IMG/VR virus record: IMGVR_UViG_3300043391_000853
Location: 85,818-149,817 of that record
Strand: one strand, 5' to 3'
DNA: 64,000 nt
From: a virus
Lineage: Duplodnaviria; Caudoviricetes
Shown here: piece by piece, positions 1 to 11,800 of the stretch
How the letters are laid out: the number at the start of each line of letters is the position of its first letter
Numbering within the stretch: position 1 is the stretch's first letter
Notes under the pieces: generated by a model
The model's input: the letters and a program-made list of their open reading frames with translations, nothing else
Database searches by the model: none
Told to the model about the DNA's origin: nothing
Translations under genes and position numbers: made by a program

Positions 1-892
1 ACGAACCGAATGTTAATCCAACAAATAGCGTGTTGTCGTTAGCTTTCTCATCGTAAGCATCATCAAAATTGTTTAAATTTGTACCTTTTGTTATACTCAT
101 GTTCGCTCCTGCCTTTATGGAGAAGTTGCCTGACGAGTCGGGCGGTACTCCGTTAATGTACGAGACGATATCTTCACAATCAATATACACTGGATCTAGA
201 AATGGTGTCGAGCAATCAAATCTTAATCCCATACCGTAGCTAATTTCAAGATCGATTAATTCATTTGAAATGTTTACTCTAAAATTATAACCGGCTATGA
301 AAGTGACGTCTCCGGTTAGAGAGGTTAGGGAGTTCTCTAATACGACTTCAAGAGGCAGTATAGGTTTATAGCCATAAGATTCTGTTTTTTTCTCTGGTGT
401 AGTTTTTATAGAGTTTACACCTAGCCACTCATCACTAAATTGACTGTATGTTGAGGGCTCTACAGGCAGTAGGCCTGCGAACTGTTGGTTTATTTGAGCT
501 ACGTTTAAAAAAGTATCTAATCCCTGACCTAACGTAACCAGGCCTTCATTTGTCCTGAAATATAGGGGATACCCGGCTCCTGGATAAGTCTCCAGCTCGA
601 AAGACGCTATCGTGCTGCTAGTTGTACCTACTTCTATCACAGCTTTGTATGTAGCTGTTTTAGTTATCTTTTTTAAGTATACTGGTGAGCTTATCTTAAC
701 AGTTTGTCCACTCTGCAATACCTTGTCTTGTTCTAATGAATGCGAGAAACATACTAGTTGGAAGTCTAGTAAAAAGTTGTCTGGTACACTCCAAGAGTCC
801 TGATTGTTTGCTAGTAGCGTCTTATCGCTATATTCTAGCAAAGGGAACGCCCTTAACTCGTTTTCATTTAGCCAATCTAAAACCTGTTCCAT
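1..892 (-). CDS. Partial (runs off left edge) tail fibre/baseplate adaptor paralog; missing from ORF track
   Basis: Manual translation from ATG at 892: MEQVLDWLNENELRAFPLL...VPDNFLLDF...VSYINGVPPDSSGNF, open to position 1. Shares its N-terminal motif with the four neighbouring genes. Confidence 0.8.
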   Translation of the reverse strand, partial: MEQVLDWLNENELRAFPLLEYSDKTLLANNQDSWSVPDNFLLDFQLVCFSHSLEQDKVLQSGQTVKISSPVYLKKITKTATYKAVIEVGTTSSTIASFELETYPGAGYPLYFRTNEGLVTLGQGLDTFLNVAQINQQFAGLLPVEPSTYSQFSDEWLGVNSIKTTPEKKTESYGYKPILPLEVVLENSLTSLTGDVTFIAGYNFRVNISNELIDLEISYGMGLRFDCSTPFLDPVYIDCEDIVSYINGVPPDSSGNFSIKAGANMSITKGTNLNNFDDAYDEKANDNTLFVGLTFGS

Positions 893-896
893 ATTT

Positions 897-1637
897 TTAA
901 GTGGTAAGTGAAGGTATCGAGAAAGATGAGCTTAAGGTACCAGAAACCAAATCCATTGAAATACCTGCACCGTACACTGAAGATATTTTAATCACATCGT
1001 TTGAAGCCAGATTGATGTTGTTTTTAACTGGTTTAACTAAATTTATTTGTTTGAGCGCATTAGGTCTGCTAGCGCTTTCAGGTACGGCGTGTCCAGTAAC
1101 AGCATTAAAGGTTACGGTGTTTGGTTTGTCTGGAGACGCTAGTGTTTTTTTGGCTGTATTATAAAATATAGTTGTATCGTCCTGAGCTCTAGAAAGAGTA
1201 ACGTCGCCATAGCTTCCATCAAGCAAATAGACAGCGTCTTTAGATGGTATACTTCTGGTTGTGGATGACAGAAAGGGTGTGTTGAATTCTAGAAATCTTC
1301 CTGCATACATCTCCCACAAAAAAAGTGCCCCTTGTCCAAAAGTCACTTGTCCCAAATATCTTGTTTTTGGTTTATTATAGATTCTTAAGCTTCTATACTC
1401 CTCGCCTAAGATATACGCTTCTTTGTAAAAAACTGCCGTAATCGCTCCGTAGTCAAAAAGAAAAGATAGCTCCAGTCTATCGGATTCGACAAGCACGCTG
1501 TTTAGTGTGGGTATAAAAGCATCAAACTGTGTAAACTTAGCATCAACTATAAGATCCATGGGCTCTATATCTAGCGTGAAAGGATAGCTAGATAGCGCGT
1601 TCTCGTTCTGCCAACCTAGAGTATTATATATAGCCAT
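897..1637 (-). CDS. Tail fibre/baseplate adaptor paralog
   Basis: LGWQNENALSSYPF N-terminal motif and LKQINLVKP motif shared with the neighbours; distal tail module position. Confidence 0.6.
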   Translation of the reverse strand: MAIYNTLGWQNENALSSYPFTLDIEPMDLIVDAKFTQFDAFIPTLNSVLVESDRLELSFLFDYGAITAVFYKEAYILGEEYRSLRIYNKPKTRYLGQVTFGQGALFLWEMYAGRFLEFNTPFLSSTTRSIPSKDAVYLLDGSYGDVTLSRAQDDTTIFYNTAKKTLASPDKPNTVTFNAVTGHAVPESASRPNALKQINLVKPVKNNINLASNDVIKISSVYGAGISMDLVSGTLSSSFSIPSLTT

Positions 1638-1642
1638 AACTG

Positions 1643-2860
1643 TTAGGGTTTAGTCCAATATCTTATATCCTGATAATACTCTTCTTTCGCAAACTGAGGC
1701 CAGAAATAATATTCAGGAATTTCAGTGTTGTAGAAGCTGCCTGCGAGTCTTGCGGGTCTAGCTATAGGGTAATTAGGATTGAGCGGGTCAGGATTGCTGG
1801 GTTTGTATGGGTCATACGAAGGTATGGCAGGCTTGCTGTAATACAGGTCTTTAAACATTGGTAGGTTTAAAGAAAACCCAGACACATCTACCGGAGGAAG
1901 CAGCTTACTCTTCTGTGCACACAAACCCTCCATGGTTACTCCTTCTGTCGACACGGCCAATGTGCCTGCACCTGACACAGGTTCCCAGCGAGTTGAATTG
2001 CCTGGGTTTTGATTTTGCTCAGCTATCGTCGGTATTTTACAGATGTAGGGTATTTTTTCGTAGGTGACCGCGTCATTCACAGCGTAGGCTATATCTTTCC
2101 ATACACCTCTCCAATTCATTTGGTTTCCTTGAGTCTTGTAAAATATGACTGGTCGTATGCCTGCGATATAAATGTTGCCGTCGTTCTCGTGATGTGGGTT
2201 TATATCCGCATCTTGCGATATAGAGGACGGTCTAACCCCGTTAATATTTTTAATTAGTGGTGTAGAGCAATTTTGCAGTAGTGAGGACTTGTCAGCTAGA
2301 TTAAACACACTGAGAGGGTTTAAGGCTCTGAGTTTTGTTGTCTTGGCTTGAGGGTCAGAGGTTTTAGTTAAGCCTGTAAGTATACCATAATTTACTACTC
2401 CTCTAAGCTCGCTATTTTTAGCGTCTCGTATGCTGGTTACTTTTGGAGGAGTGTAACAATAAATTACAGACTCCTCAAACTCAGAAGCGTCCGGTTCAAA
2501 ATTTAATATGTTAGGTAAAGAATTCAGTGCTTCTAATGAGCCTATCGTGAGTGTGCCTGATAAGAATCTTTCAAACGGATTAAAATATAACGTTGTATAG
2601 TCTGAAGAAACCGAGCCTTCAAACGTCCCTAAAGTAACATCGTCGAGTATGGATGTTATCGTTATTTTAATCGTACTGTCTATCCTGTGTATTTGTTTAA
2701 TATAAATTCTATGCTTATTAAGCACAGATGTGATACTTGCGTTAACGAGCAAACCGTCAGGCAGAGTAAATCCATCTAAAGCTTTAAGCGATGCGCTTTG
2801 TTTCAGAGGATATTTTCTGAACTGGTTTTTGTTTTCAAAAGATAATGAAATTATTGCCAT
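1643..2860 (-). CDS. Tail fibre/adaptor paralog with inserted CBM5/12-like carbohydrate-binding module
   Basis: LSFENKNQFRKYPL and IKNINGVRP motifs; WRGVWKDIAYAVNDAVTYEKIPYICK...RW segment. Confidence 0.6.
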   Translation of the reverse strand: MAIISLSFENKNQFRKYPLKQSASLKALDGFTLPDGLLVNASITSVLNKHRIYIKQIHRIDSTIKITITSILDDVTLGTFEGSVSSDYTTLYFNPFERFLSGTLTIGSLEALNSLPNILNFEPDASEFEESVIYCYTPPKVTSIRDAKNSELRGVVNYGILTGLTKTSDPQAKTTKLRALNPLSVFNLADKSSLLQNCSTPLIKNINGVRPSSISQDADINPHHENDGNIYIAGIRPVIFYKTQGNQMNWRGVWKDIAYAVNDAVTYEKIPYICKIPTIAEQNQNPGNSTRWEPVSGAGTLAVSTEGVTMEGLCAQKSKLLPPVDVSGFSLNLPMFKDLYYSKPAIPSYDPYKPSNPDPLNPNYPIARPARLAGSFYNTEIPEYYFWPQFAKEEYYQDIRYWTKP

Positions 2861-2871
2861 ATGACTCTAGG

Positions 2872-5800
2872 TTATGGTTGTACTTGTGCCTGCACTACAT
2901 CACTGTAAGGCCCCATCCCGAGGCTATTAATTGCAGCGACTTTTACATATATATGAGAGTTGTAACCTAGCTCCACACCTGAGGCTATAATTTCCGCATC
3001 ATGTAGTGACGCAGGTACAGGCACACCTTCAATTTTCGTTGTTCCTAATTTAGGTACTGTTACGTTCGGTTTTGGTGGGGCTGGAACTGGTGGGTCGAAT
3101 GTACCCCACTGATCCGCTGCAGGCCAACCGGCGTATCCTACGAATCCTGCTTCGCTAGGTATTTGAGGGAATTTAAATACTTTAGGGACAACGGAGAGTG
3201 CTATAGCGTCATCAAGGAAATTTTTTATGGTCGTGCCGGCATTATAACTTAGTGTTGGATATCCTGGTATCCTGTCTCCGGAAATAAACATATTTGGAAT
3301 GTAGCCGTAATCCGCGGCAGGGTCGGACGCAACATAAAGATCCAAGCTCTGCAAAGATGAAAATACAAAGAAACCAGAAAAGTTTACACCGTCGGTCGAG
3401 TAGTTTACGCTATATCCAGTGACGGGTAGATTATCCCTACGTTTCAAGTTGGTGTAAGCGTTAGGAAGCAATACACCAAAACGCATACCCTGTTTGATAG
3501 TGTAAACAGCTATACTAAACTTCCTTGGAAGTGCCGGAGGTAAAACAACATTGAAAGGTCTTGAGGCCTCTCCTGGTGCTAGAATTGTAGAGGCACGCAT
3601 TCTCACGATAAGAGGGTAAGCGTGGTCTCTCAGGCTTAGTGTGGTAGCAGTTGAGAGTATACCTCCCACAAAAGGACCATCATTTAAGCTGAGTTCATAA
3701 CCTGTGACACCTACCGTGCCTGCAGGTACCGGTAAAAAGCTAATAACTGTGGTGGGAATATTGTCGCTATCGAAAGTCGTATTGCTTTCTAATATTGTTG
3801 GGGGAGAGGCACCGTAAGGTAATGTTTTAACTATAATATCATCTGTGGCGACACCTCGCGAATAGTTCAACTTCTCTCCGTCGGGTTTAGCTAGATCTTG
3901 TAGATATTGTACGTAAGCAGCAACCCTGAGTCTTACAGTGTACGTCGATCCTGCTGCCAGTCCTTTAGCTATAATTAAAGGAGTACCGTCAAAACGTAAT
4001 TCTGTTTGGTTGTAACTGACTCCTCCATTTAAAGAATATTCTAACCGATAATCGCTATAAACACCAATAGCGTCCTGACTAAAAGTGTACGGTATACTTA
4101 TATAGTTAACTCCAGATGTGATAGCACTAACATTAACAGTTGGGGCCTGTGCTATAGTAGAATATTCGTAATTCTTTGTTTGTGTTAATGGTGTATTAAG
4201 CCCGTCCCCAAAGCCCACAGCTACGCCAGGGAATTTCACTTTATCGTAGGTGGTATATGCATATTTACCGGTTACAGGATTTATGGTATCTCTGTATAGG
4301 TTAACAAATCCTAGACCTTCTTCTATTTCTGCGAGGTGTTTGTTTGATGGACCCATCATACCATAGGAATTCACCGCCCTTATAGAAATAACAAAAGTTA
4401 TGAGGGCCTCCTGTAAGGTAATTCGGGCAGTCAGTTTGTCGCTATCTATGGAGTCTTCGCTAATATCTGTATAGCCTGCCTCGTAGAGTAACCCAACTGA
4501 TTCTGCGTCATAACCCAGAAGCACCCTATTTTGGCCTGCGGGAGGGTTACTATAGATGGGCTGCATATTTATAGCTGTGATTGCATACTGATATCTAACT
4601 GAAGGAGCCCCTTTGATAATAGGTGCATTAAAAAACACTGTAGCTAATTTGCCTGCGCGTAAAATTTTAATAACTTCCACTTCCGATGGAGGTGTCGGAG
4701 GTTCTGTATATTTTTTAGATGTGTAGCCGATGTTGCCGTTTGCATTTATTGCCCTAATCCTGATGTCGTAATTTACCGTAACTCCAGAGTCTACAGGATC
4801 CACCACTGCAGGAATGTACGCGGTGAGTGGTGAGTCTAAGTCAGTAGCATAGCTTATCTCCGTTGCGCTGTTGGTTTCCAAATAACGCTTTTCATCCGCT
4901 GTGGCTTTTTTGAATGTTTCTCCGCCATCAAAAGAGTATTCGTATGAAGCTATGGCGCTGCCTCCATCAAAATCACAAGGAATGAAATAAATTTGCAGAT
5001 ACCTTTTATTTCCTATATCGTCAATATACGTAGCGTCTCCGTACGCAGCGTCTCCGGTGATACTATTACCACTACTGCTCGGATAAGTTTGATAATTAAG
5101 GTCTTTGCTTACCCTATAAACGGGCACGTATACTAATTCTAACCTGTAAACTGTTGGTGCGCTGGGTGAACCTTGATTCAAAATAAATACATCCGATGGC
5201 AAGCCTGCACCTACCGAGTTTATAGCTCGTACCTGTAGGTTATAGCTCACCTTTTCTTTTAAGTCAGTTATGGCCAGAGGTATATCTGTTCCTGTCTGTA
5301 CAGTTTTCCAGGGTAAATTGGCACCTAAGCGGTACTCGTAATTTTGAACTGGTGTAAGCCAATGAGCATTAGGTGCTTTAAAGTATGCGTTAGCTATAGT
5401 TAGCGATGTGGTAGTACATTCTAATTCTGTAGGTTCCTCAGGTGTACCCCATTTTTTAGTTATTACTCCGGATTCTGCTCCTTTACCTAAAGTTGAGAAC
5501 GCACGTATCTTAAAATAATACTCGGTTCCTACGGTTAAAGAAGCGCTGGGTACGTTTAGTGGTTGCGCTGTTGAATTGACTGTGGTCCAAGTTAAGCCAT
5601 TATTTAGACTATAGTCGTAACCCGTGATGCTATTTGTGCCACTATCGGGTACAGTAAAAGTTATGTGCCCTCCAGGAAGGCTGTAAGTATTTATCTTGAC
5701 GTTTGTCGGCGCTGCAGGAGTTATACCAGGCATAGTTGTATTTTGTGGGTTGGAGGATAGCTCGCCTGTCCCTGCTAAGTTTACAGCAGCTATTCTAACA

Positions 5801-8800
5801 TAATATGGGCTGCCGTTACGTAATGACGATATAGTTAAGGGAGAACTATTTTGGTTTAATGTAAAAAGTGGACCATTATTTAAGCTACATTTATAATCGA
5901 TTATAGGTGACCCTCCTGTTGAGGGTGCTGTAAAACTAACTATTAATTTACCGTCGCCGCTAGCAACATTGATATTTGTGGGAATTCCTGGGACAAGTGC
6001 AGGGTAGGCCGATACTAAGTCTGATTGTTCTCCGTTGCTGGTTGGTCTTTTTGCACGTAAAGCTATACTGTAAAGCTGACCATTATTTAGTCCCGTAATC
6101 GATGTTTTTAAAGTATTCGGAACAGTGCCTAATGTTACCGCTGCGGTGCTCCACGTTAACCCGCCATTAATTGAATATTGGTAACTGACACCCAACCCGA
6201 ATGGTGCATTAGAGGGTGCCGTAAATGTTACATCCAGTCCTTGATCTTTAGATATTATCGGCGTGATTATAGTGGGCGGGGAGTATATCAAATACATTGT
6301 TATACTGATCGCTACACTTGCCAGGCCGTTGCCTGCGGAGTTTACAGCCTTTAACACAACGTTATATGTACTACCTAACGTTAGTCCGGTTACAATAATT
6401 GCGTTTTCTCTAGTTGTTACTTTTGAGCTGTAGGAAACCCCGTTATTGGTGCTATATATATAGCCTGAAATATCTCCGCCGCCATTACTCACAGGAGCTT
6501 GAAAATTAATACGAAAACTAGTCGACGTTAATTGATTGAGGCTGTTGATGTATGGAGCCGTAGGTACCCCTATAGGTGTAAACCTGACCGCTGTTGAAGA
6601 CGGGCTAACGCTTCCGGCGGCGTTAACCGCACGTAATCTTAAAGGGTAGTTGATTCCGTTCGATAGGTTGGCTATTTGAATTCGGCCTGTTCCTCCTGCC
6701 TGCGGAGCAAGTATTGTGGCCACTAACCATGACTCATTTACAGTTAAACTATATTCGTATCGACTTATAGCTGCTCCCCCGGTGCTTGTAGGTGCGTTAA
6801 AATCGAACCGTACACCGCCATTGTAGGTCTCGACAGGAGTGACGATGCTTGGAGGAGAGGGAGGCTCTACAGGACTTTTTACTATAGGTGTAGATATGGC
6901 TCCAACGCCTAGGGAGTTAACGGCTCTAATTCTTATAGAGTAAGACTGTCCGTTATTTAAGTTAGTTATAACAATCAATGATTCTGTAGAATTTGTTGAT
7001 ACAAATGCTCCACCATCTACCGAGTATTGATAACCTGTGATATCATAACCTCCTGTGTTTGCAGGGGGACCAAAAGATATTAACAGTCTCTTACTACCGG
7101 CTCCGACTGATATATTGGTCGGTACTTCGGGTGTTTTGCCGGGTTTAACCAGCAATGAAGTTCCCGTCACAGGCAGTTCTCCATCAATCGTAATAGCTCC
7201 TATATATAACGGATATACTTGACCATTAACCAGGTCTTCGTTTAATGCGTTTTTTGTTATTGTGAAAGAACTTACTGCTCCTGTGGCAGGAGTAATGGTC
7301 GTAAAATTAGCTCCGTTATCGACGCTATATCTGTAATTTAATATAGCTACTCCTCCTGTGTTGACTGGTGGAGTAAAACTAATGGTGACGCTTTTATCTC
7401 CTGGAACATAAGTTACACCTGTAGGAGCCCCTGCAACCTCTGTAGTGATAGTGGTGTCACTTACAGGTGTACCTGAAACGGCTGCAGACGAAGCGCCTAT
7501 GCCTTTGATGTTAGATGCACGGACAACTATAGAGTAAGCTACAGCATTTAACAGCGCAGACGAATCAGACGACTGTTTGTTGATGTTTATCGGACTAGAT
7601 GCTACCCCTGATGAAATGAACGTGGTTCCTCCATCTGTGGAATATTCTAAGTCTGTGGTGGGGGTACCGGCATAAACAGCATTTTCAGTTATGCGTACAA
7701 GTAATTGTTTGTCATAGCCTGCTATAGGAGAAACTATGGTTGGTGCGCCTGGTACCGTGTAGGGTACAGCTGTATATGTCAGGGACGTGACACCTGCTCC
7801 TGTAGCGTTGACTGCCCTAAGTCTTATTGAATAGGTTGTGCCGTTGGTGAGTCCTGTTATATTGACAGGTGAGACAGCTGTTTCTCCTGAAACAAAAGAG
7901 GCTCCATCAAGCGAGTACTCGTAGCGAACAATAGCAGATCCCCCATCACTGACGGGAGCTGTAAACCCCACACTTAGACTTCCGTCATTAGAAGTTATTT
8001 GAATGCTTGTAGGCTCTGTGGGAATTGATGCTGGTGCTGCTGTAAAATTTATACTGCCCAGATTCGCTGCGCCTGCGGAAACACTGTATGTGCTTGGAGA
8101 AAAAGCGAAAAATGCTGAGGATGGGGTGATTACCACACTCTCGTCGTACTCTACATATACAACATAACTTCCATCTGTGTTTGAAGTTGGTGTATTAATG
8201 CCTCCACTCATGGCGGCTCCCTCGATAGGAATACCTGAAGATGTGGTTATGCTACCGCTAATTGTTCTTGCTGGTCCTGTGGCTGTGAAGTTGACTCCGG
8301 TGACATTTGAGCTACCTATTGTAACATTACCTATTGCAGCTATATAATAATTATCTTTCGTGGCAATTAAACTATAGCTGCCAGGAGATAGTGTAGAGAT
8401 CTGATATGTCCCGTCGCTGCCTGTTGTCGCGTACCTTGTCGAGTCTATACTCACTTTCACCCCAGCTACAGGGACGAGCGAAGCTGAGGCTACTCTACCT
8501 GTTATAGAGTAGAGTACTCTTAATACAGCTATATTTAAAAGTATTGCGCTTGTTTCGTAATCTGCGGTACTTGCCGATATTTTAACTAGATACGAGCCTG
8601 TCTGTGTCGGGGTTCCTGCCAGTGTGTTGTTGACTAGTGTTATGCCGGGTGGTAGAGACTCAGCTGTCAATGTAACCGTCGCGTTGTCGTAAGTACTGCA
8701 GGTTAAAATTTGTGCGATGTTTGCATTCGCTTGGTTTATCTGTAAGTTGTAGTTTGTTTCTGTGACAGGAGACACAATACTTATAGGTACAGTAATTGTG

Positions 8801-11800
8801 CAGTTAACCGTGTTGTCACCATCTGCGTTTGATGCGTGCAGCTTTACACTATACTGACGAGCCACTGCAGCGTTCTGTACTGTACCTATGATATAGCCAT
8901 CCGGACTGCAGGTTAACCCTGGGGGTAGATTTTCTGCAGAAAAGCTGGCTGTACCGATGGCAGTTATTCTAAAGAGTGCTGCTTGCTTCGTGTAGGTTTT
9001 ATTTTTACTTACAGTAAACCTGGAGTTTTCAGCAATGTTGTTTATTACAGGTCCGGAGGTAGCACTGAATGTCACACTCAGGTTCAAGGCAGCTCTACCT
9101 ACAGGGTTTGTCACATATACTGTAAAATTGTATTTTTTACTGTAGGCGAACGGAATCTCGGTCGGTATTTCTGTGGAGCTCAGACTACCATATACTTTTC
9201 CTGTGGTAGGTGCAATTTGAAAGCCAGGAGGTAGTCCAGCAGCAGAATAAACATTTCGTGCAGCCTCCGGCAAGTTTGCATCATTTAAATTTGTGCCTCC
9301 TAACGCTTGTGTTGCAGCTACGGTAAATAATGGAGAACTAAGAGTTGTAGTTGAGTATAGCCCTACGTTAAAATTATAAGAACTGACTGGATAAGAAATG
9401 GTAGGAGCAAAACCTACGGTGTAGATTATATCTATAGGTAGTAGGGATGAAGATCCGTACACATTTCTAGCGCTAGCGTACACTGTACGAGAACCTGATG
9501 ATGTTTCGGTAAGTTTTCCTATAACCTGACCTGTTGCATTATTAAAAAGCAAGCCTGTAGGCAGCTCTCCCACTAGCGAATATTCGAATATGGGTGCGTT
9601 AGTTGCCTGTAGCGCTATAAGAGGCGCGCTAGAAGTGTACGTAACTAAATTGGTGATGGCAAAGGAGGGGCCTGGTGTTTGCGCTGAAAACGCTATAACT
9701 GGAGGGTTGTTAGATTTTACTGCTAGGTTTATAACCTGAGGATCGGCCGCTGCTCCTGCACTGTTTGAGCAGCTGAGTAGTATAGAAAACGAGGTGTTAT
9801 CGAGTACTTGGGATCCAAGACTTCCTGTAAGTACTCCTGTCTGTGTATTGAAAACGAGCGCGCCAGGTAGATCTGTAGCGCCAATCATGGAAGCGCTGTA
9901 TACAGCCTGTGTATCCGAAGTCATGTTGGAAGCTATGACCTGTAATAATGGTTCTTCGGCTGTGTATATTGTGTCGCTGGATATGTTTAAAGGAAAACTT
10001 GATGTGTATGACTTGGCGAGAGGAGATAGAATTACCGGCAGTGGTTTATAATTTAGCGTGATTCTATATACAATGCTTCCTACCGTCGTTAGCGCGAACT
10101 TCAAAAAGAAGATGAAGGTTTTGGTTGATGTTTGCGTAGGCCTGCTGGTGATGTTTAGTGTAACAGCGCCTGCACCTACGCCATAATCTATCCAGGACGG
10201 AATGTCGCCATAAGCAGACTGTATACTAGCTAAGTTGGCTACAGTAAATGTTTTTTCAAAGGAGGCCCATGTTCCTTGTGATACGTCGTATGTTACGGAA
10301 CCTCCGGCATTTAATCCCCCATCAGGGCAACCAGCACCATCTATATTAGCTATAGTGTATGTGTCCCCTATCTTTGTGTTGTTTTTTGTAACGTTGAACA
10401 CATCAATGTCTAACTCTCCGTTGTATGTTTCACATTTGATGTAATATACTGCTTCTATAAAGGCGTAATCCCTGCAGCCCAGTGTAACAGACGGTGTGTC
10501 TACAATAGACACAGTTTCTTTGGTTCTAACCTTAAAGTCGCCCTGTCTAGTTAGTGCTGTGGGATTAAAGGCTACAGAAATACCTACAGTTTCTGACGAT
10601 GGATTGAATATAGCTACAGCTAAAGTTAGATAGGTTACGTAGTCTCCAGAAGGAGCATAGGCCTCAGTTGTGGTGTGTTTTACTTTAAAGTAAGGGTTTA
10701 AAATAGTTTCAGTGCCTTGGTTGTAGGCGCTGACAGCACAGTTCATGTTTCCTATGACTCCGTTATCTACGACTCTAAAATACAGATTAGACGCGCCGCC
10801 AAGAGGTTTGTCTACTTTTACAGAGGTCGGGCTCACCACCTCGATAATTTTGAACTCGCGTACGTCACCTACATTAAATTGTACCTGGAGAGTTCTGCCT
10901 TCATGGAAATACTTTTTGAATCCTTCTGTGCTGCAGTGCACATACTCAGGATGGCTAGGGTCGCTACATCTAACAAAAGGGTTGTCTGCGTCTAGTACAC
11001 AAAAGGATGTAGATAATATCGAAGAAGATGTTTCTGAGCATTTTCCTCTTAATTCTGTTGCGCTGAAGGCTATATTAGCTAGCTCCTTTGAGGCGTCTTC
11101 TATTCTGTTCAGGTAATGCGCAAAAGCTCCAAGTATTTCCGGGGCGCATTTAGGTTTACAAAAGTTTTGTAGATAAATGCCATGTCCTGCATGTACCGCA
11201 TCAAAGTTAGCAGTATCACCATCAGGTAGGTTAATTACAAATTCTCTATAAGGATCCAGATATTCCCCAAGTAAGATTTCATCGTTTGCGGTTAATACAT
11301 TTGCCACATAACAGTTTGAAGTCTTGAGAAAAAGAGCTCCTTCTGTATTCGGGAAAACCCGGTTCACCGAGTACACGTCAGTTATTTCTCCCTTCTGTGT
11401 ACATGGATCATATAGTCCTGCACCCAACCCTGGGGCAACATATAGATCACCGACATTTATCGAGGTCAGTATGAAGCTGCTGTTATGTCTCGGGCTTACT
11501 ACGATTGGCAGCTCTGTTAATGACGGGTATGCGGCTACAATAAAAGGTTCGTCGGGAACGTCCTCGTCCCTAGCTCTGACTGTATCGTACGCTTCAAAAT
11601 TTATATTATCTACCCTAGGAGCATTCAGAATTATAGCACCGCTAGACAGCTCTGTTTCAACATAACGGTCCGTCGAAGAATATGAGTATACTTGTGAGAA
11701 CGCATCCTTCTCTACTAGTCCTGCACCAAAAACAAACTTCACGGAAAATCTAGCGAACGAAGCGTACGCAAAACTACTATCCGTGTTTACGCGGTGATTT

